Translations under genes and position numbers: made by a program
Notes under the pieces: generated by a model
Seen by the model: only the letters and a program-made list of their open reading frames with translations
What the model was told of the DNA's origin: nothing
Database searches by the model: none
In this document: positions 62,730 to 64,000 of the stretch, piece by piece
Layout: each line of letters starts with the position of its first letter
Numbering within the stretch: the first letter of the stretch is position 1
Assembly (NCBI GenBank): GCA_907165135.1
Contig: OU015569.1
Coordinates: 10,726,001 to 10,790,000, forward strand
Source of the DNA: Oikopleura dioica
Lineage: Eukaryota; Animalia; Chordata
DNA length: 64,000 bases
Direction: 5' to 3'

Positions 62730-63422
62730 ATGGTTGACCCGAACGTAGCACGGTGGTTCGAGCAAGTAGATAAAACCAGAAGGGGGCGCCTAAACGCGGC
62801 AGAATTGCAAGAAGCCCTCAAGAATAACAATTACAGCAGCTTTGACATAAACGTCGTCGCAGCAATGATAGGCCCGTGGCTCAGTCTGCGCTTTTTTTCA
62901 GTATTTTTCCTCCTCGCGAGCCCGTGTTAGAAATGTTCGACAAAGACCGGACAAAGACAATAAATCTGAACGAGTTCAACGAGCTGTGGAAGTTTCTGGG
63001 CTCCTGGCGACAGTGCTTCGACCGGTTCGACAATGACAGATCCGGACAAATCGACGCTGGCGAACTTAGCACTGGTAATGAAAACGATAGAATTCAGCTC
63101 AGTTCTTATTTGGCTCCTTTATTCAGCTCTTCAACAGCTGGGCTATCGATTCTCGCAGCACTTTGTCCCAGTTCTCATGCAAAAGTTCGATTACAGTGGA
63201 AGAGCTTCTCATCTTCAATTCGACGGTTTCGTCATGGCTCTTATAAAAATCCAGCGTCTCACTACCGCCTTCCAGGATCGGATTCAATTTGTTCTTCCTT
63301 ATCTTTTAGTTAGCAAACATGTTTTATTGATCTTCCATAAAAAGCCATACGATCGGCAGCGAAATGGCACCGCGCAGTTCACTTACGAGCAGTTTTTGGC
63401 CACCGTCATCCAAAACACATAG
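62730..63422 (+). CDS. Penta-EF-hand protein (ALG-2/peflin family)
   Basis: Five EF-hand-like units (VDKTRRGRLNAAEL, FDKDRTKTINLNEF, FDNDRSGQIDAGEL, …YDRQRNGTAQFTYEQF); intron 1 is GC-AG and intron 3 is GA-AG. PDCD6 versus PEF1 is not resolved. Confidence 0.85.
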
Positions 63423-63717
63423 AAAGCATCTATCGCTCAAGACTCCCGCAAGTCCAATTTTGAAGCAATTTTTCGCCAACTCAAAGTCCTACTCAACAAT
63501 CTCCAACTTGAGTCCTCTCAATTTACCAAAACTTCATCCTCATTCATACTTCAGGAAAATATTTTTTTTACTATTTTATGTTTTTTGTTCAATTTTACTG
63601 GAAACTTGTCGCAAAACGTTACTTGCATGTAAACCTAGTATTTAAAGAAATCCACTAAAATATTCAATGATTCTATCAAAGTTCTGATCTTATTGAACGA
63701 TTTCTTCTTCCTTTAGA

Positions 63718-64000
63718 ATGGCGACTGCGACAAAAGGAACGATTACGCTTCAGGGCTCGGCGCAGATGATTTCCGAGTTTTTGGACTTTGGAATCAACTC
63801 GATCTTGTTTCAGCGAAACATCTACCCAGGTAATGGGTTTTTTCATTATGTTGATTTAAATTCCTTCGTCTCTCATACATAAGAAATCAAAAGAAACTCA
63901 TTTTTTAGTTTTTTGAATCATTTTTTTTTTCAGAAAACGTCTTCATGCCGAAAAAACACTACGGGCTGACTGTATACATGTCGGAAGACGAGGAGCTGCG
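63718..64000 (+). CDS. MAD2L1: Spindle checkpoint protein MAD2, 5' part
   Basis: ITLQGSAQMISEFLDFGINSILFQRNIYP|ENVF…YGLT; runs off the window. Confidence 0.9.

Overview
Eukaryotic, very gene-dense genomic DNA with many short introns (mostly 35-70 bp) and short same-strand intergenic gaps. Acceptor-like TTTAG/TTTCAG sites often sit just before start codons, and several introns can only be modelled with GA-AG, GC-AG or GG-AG borders. This combination points to the larvacean tunicate Oikopleura (inference). Recognisable genes: the 3' end of a cubilin-like CUB protein, DCP1, BTBD10/KCTD20, MAGT1/TUSC3, ARL5, NDUFA8, PSMD11, a DUF296/PPC protein, an SLC25A11-like carrier, AXDND1, EIF2B4, PNKP, WDR83OS, NDP kinase, a penta-EF-hand protein and the 5' end of MAD2. 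Most interesting: (1) a 365-bp hAT-type MITE with a perfect 8-bp target-site duplication inside a coding exon of PNKP, whose geometry allows in-frame removal as a CAG|GG...AG intron (candidate introner event); (2) a five-copy cluster (39-49.5 kb) of unrecognised secreted Cys-rich/Lys-rich proteins with a shared promoter module, a covarying 3'-UTR hairpin, a gene-conversion signature and intron turnover; (3) an unrecognised secreted, probably GPI-anchored protein with seven WxPPVAFG repeats; (4) a tandem pair of degenerate SRCR-like surface proteins; (5) dispersed orphan genes sharing a C-terminal motif. Exon boundaries were inferred by eye, so internal coordinates are approximate. A few 1-bp homopolymer frameshifts look like assembly errors. 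No rRNA, tRNA or CRISPR array was seen.
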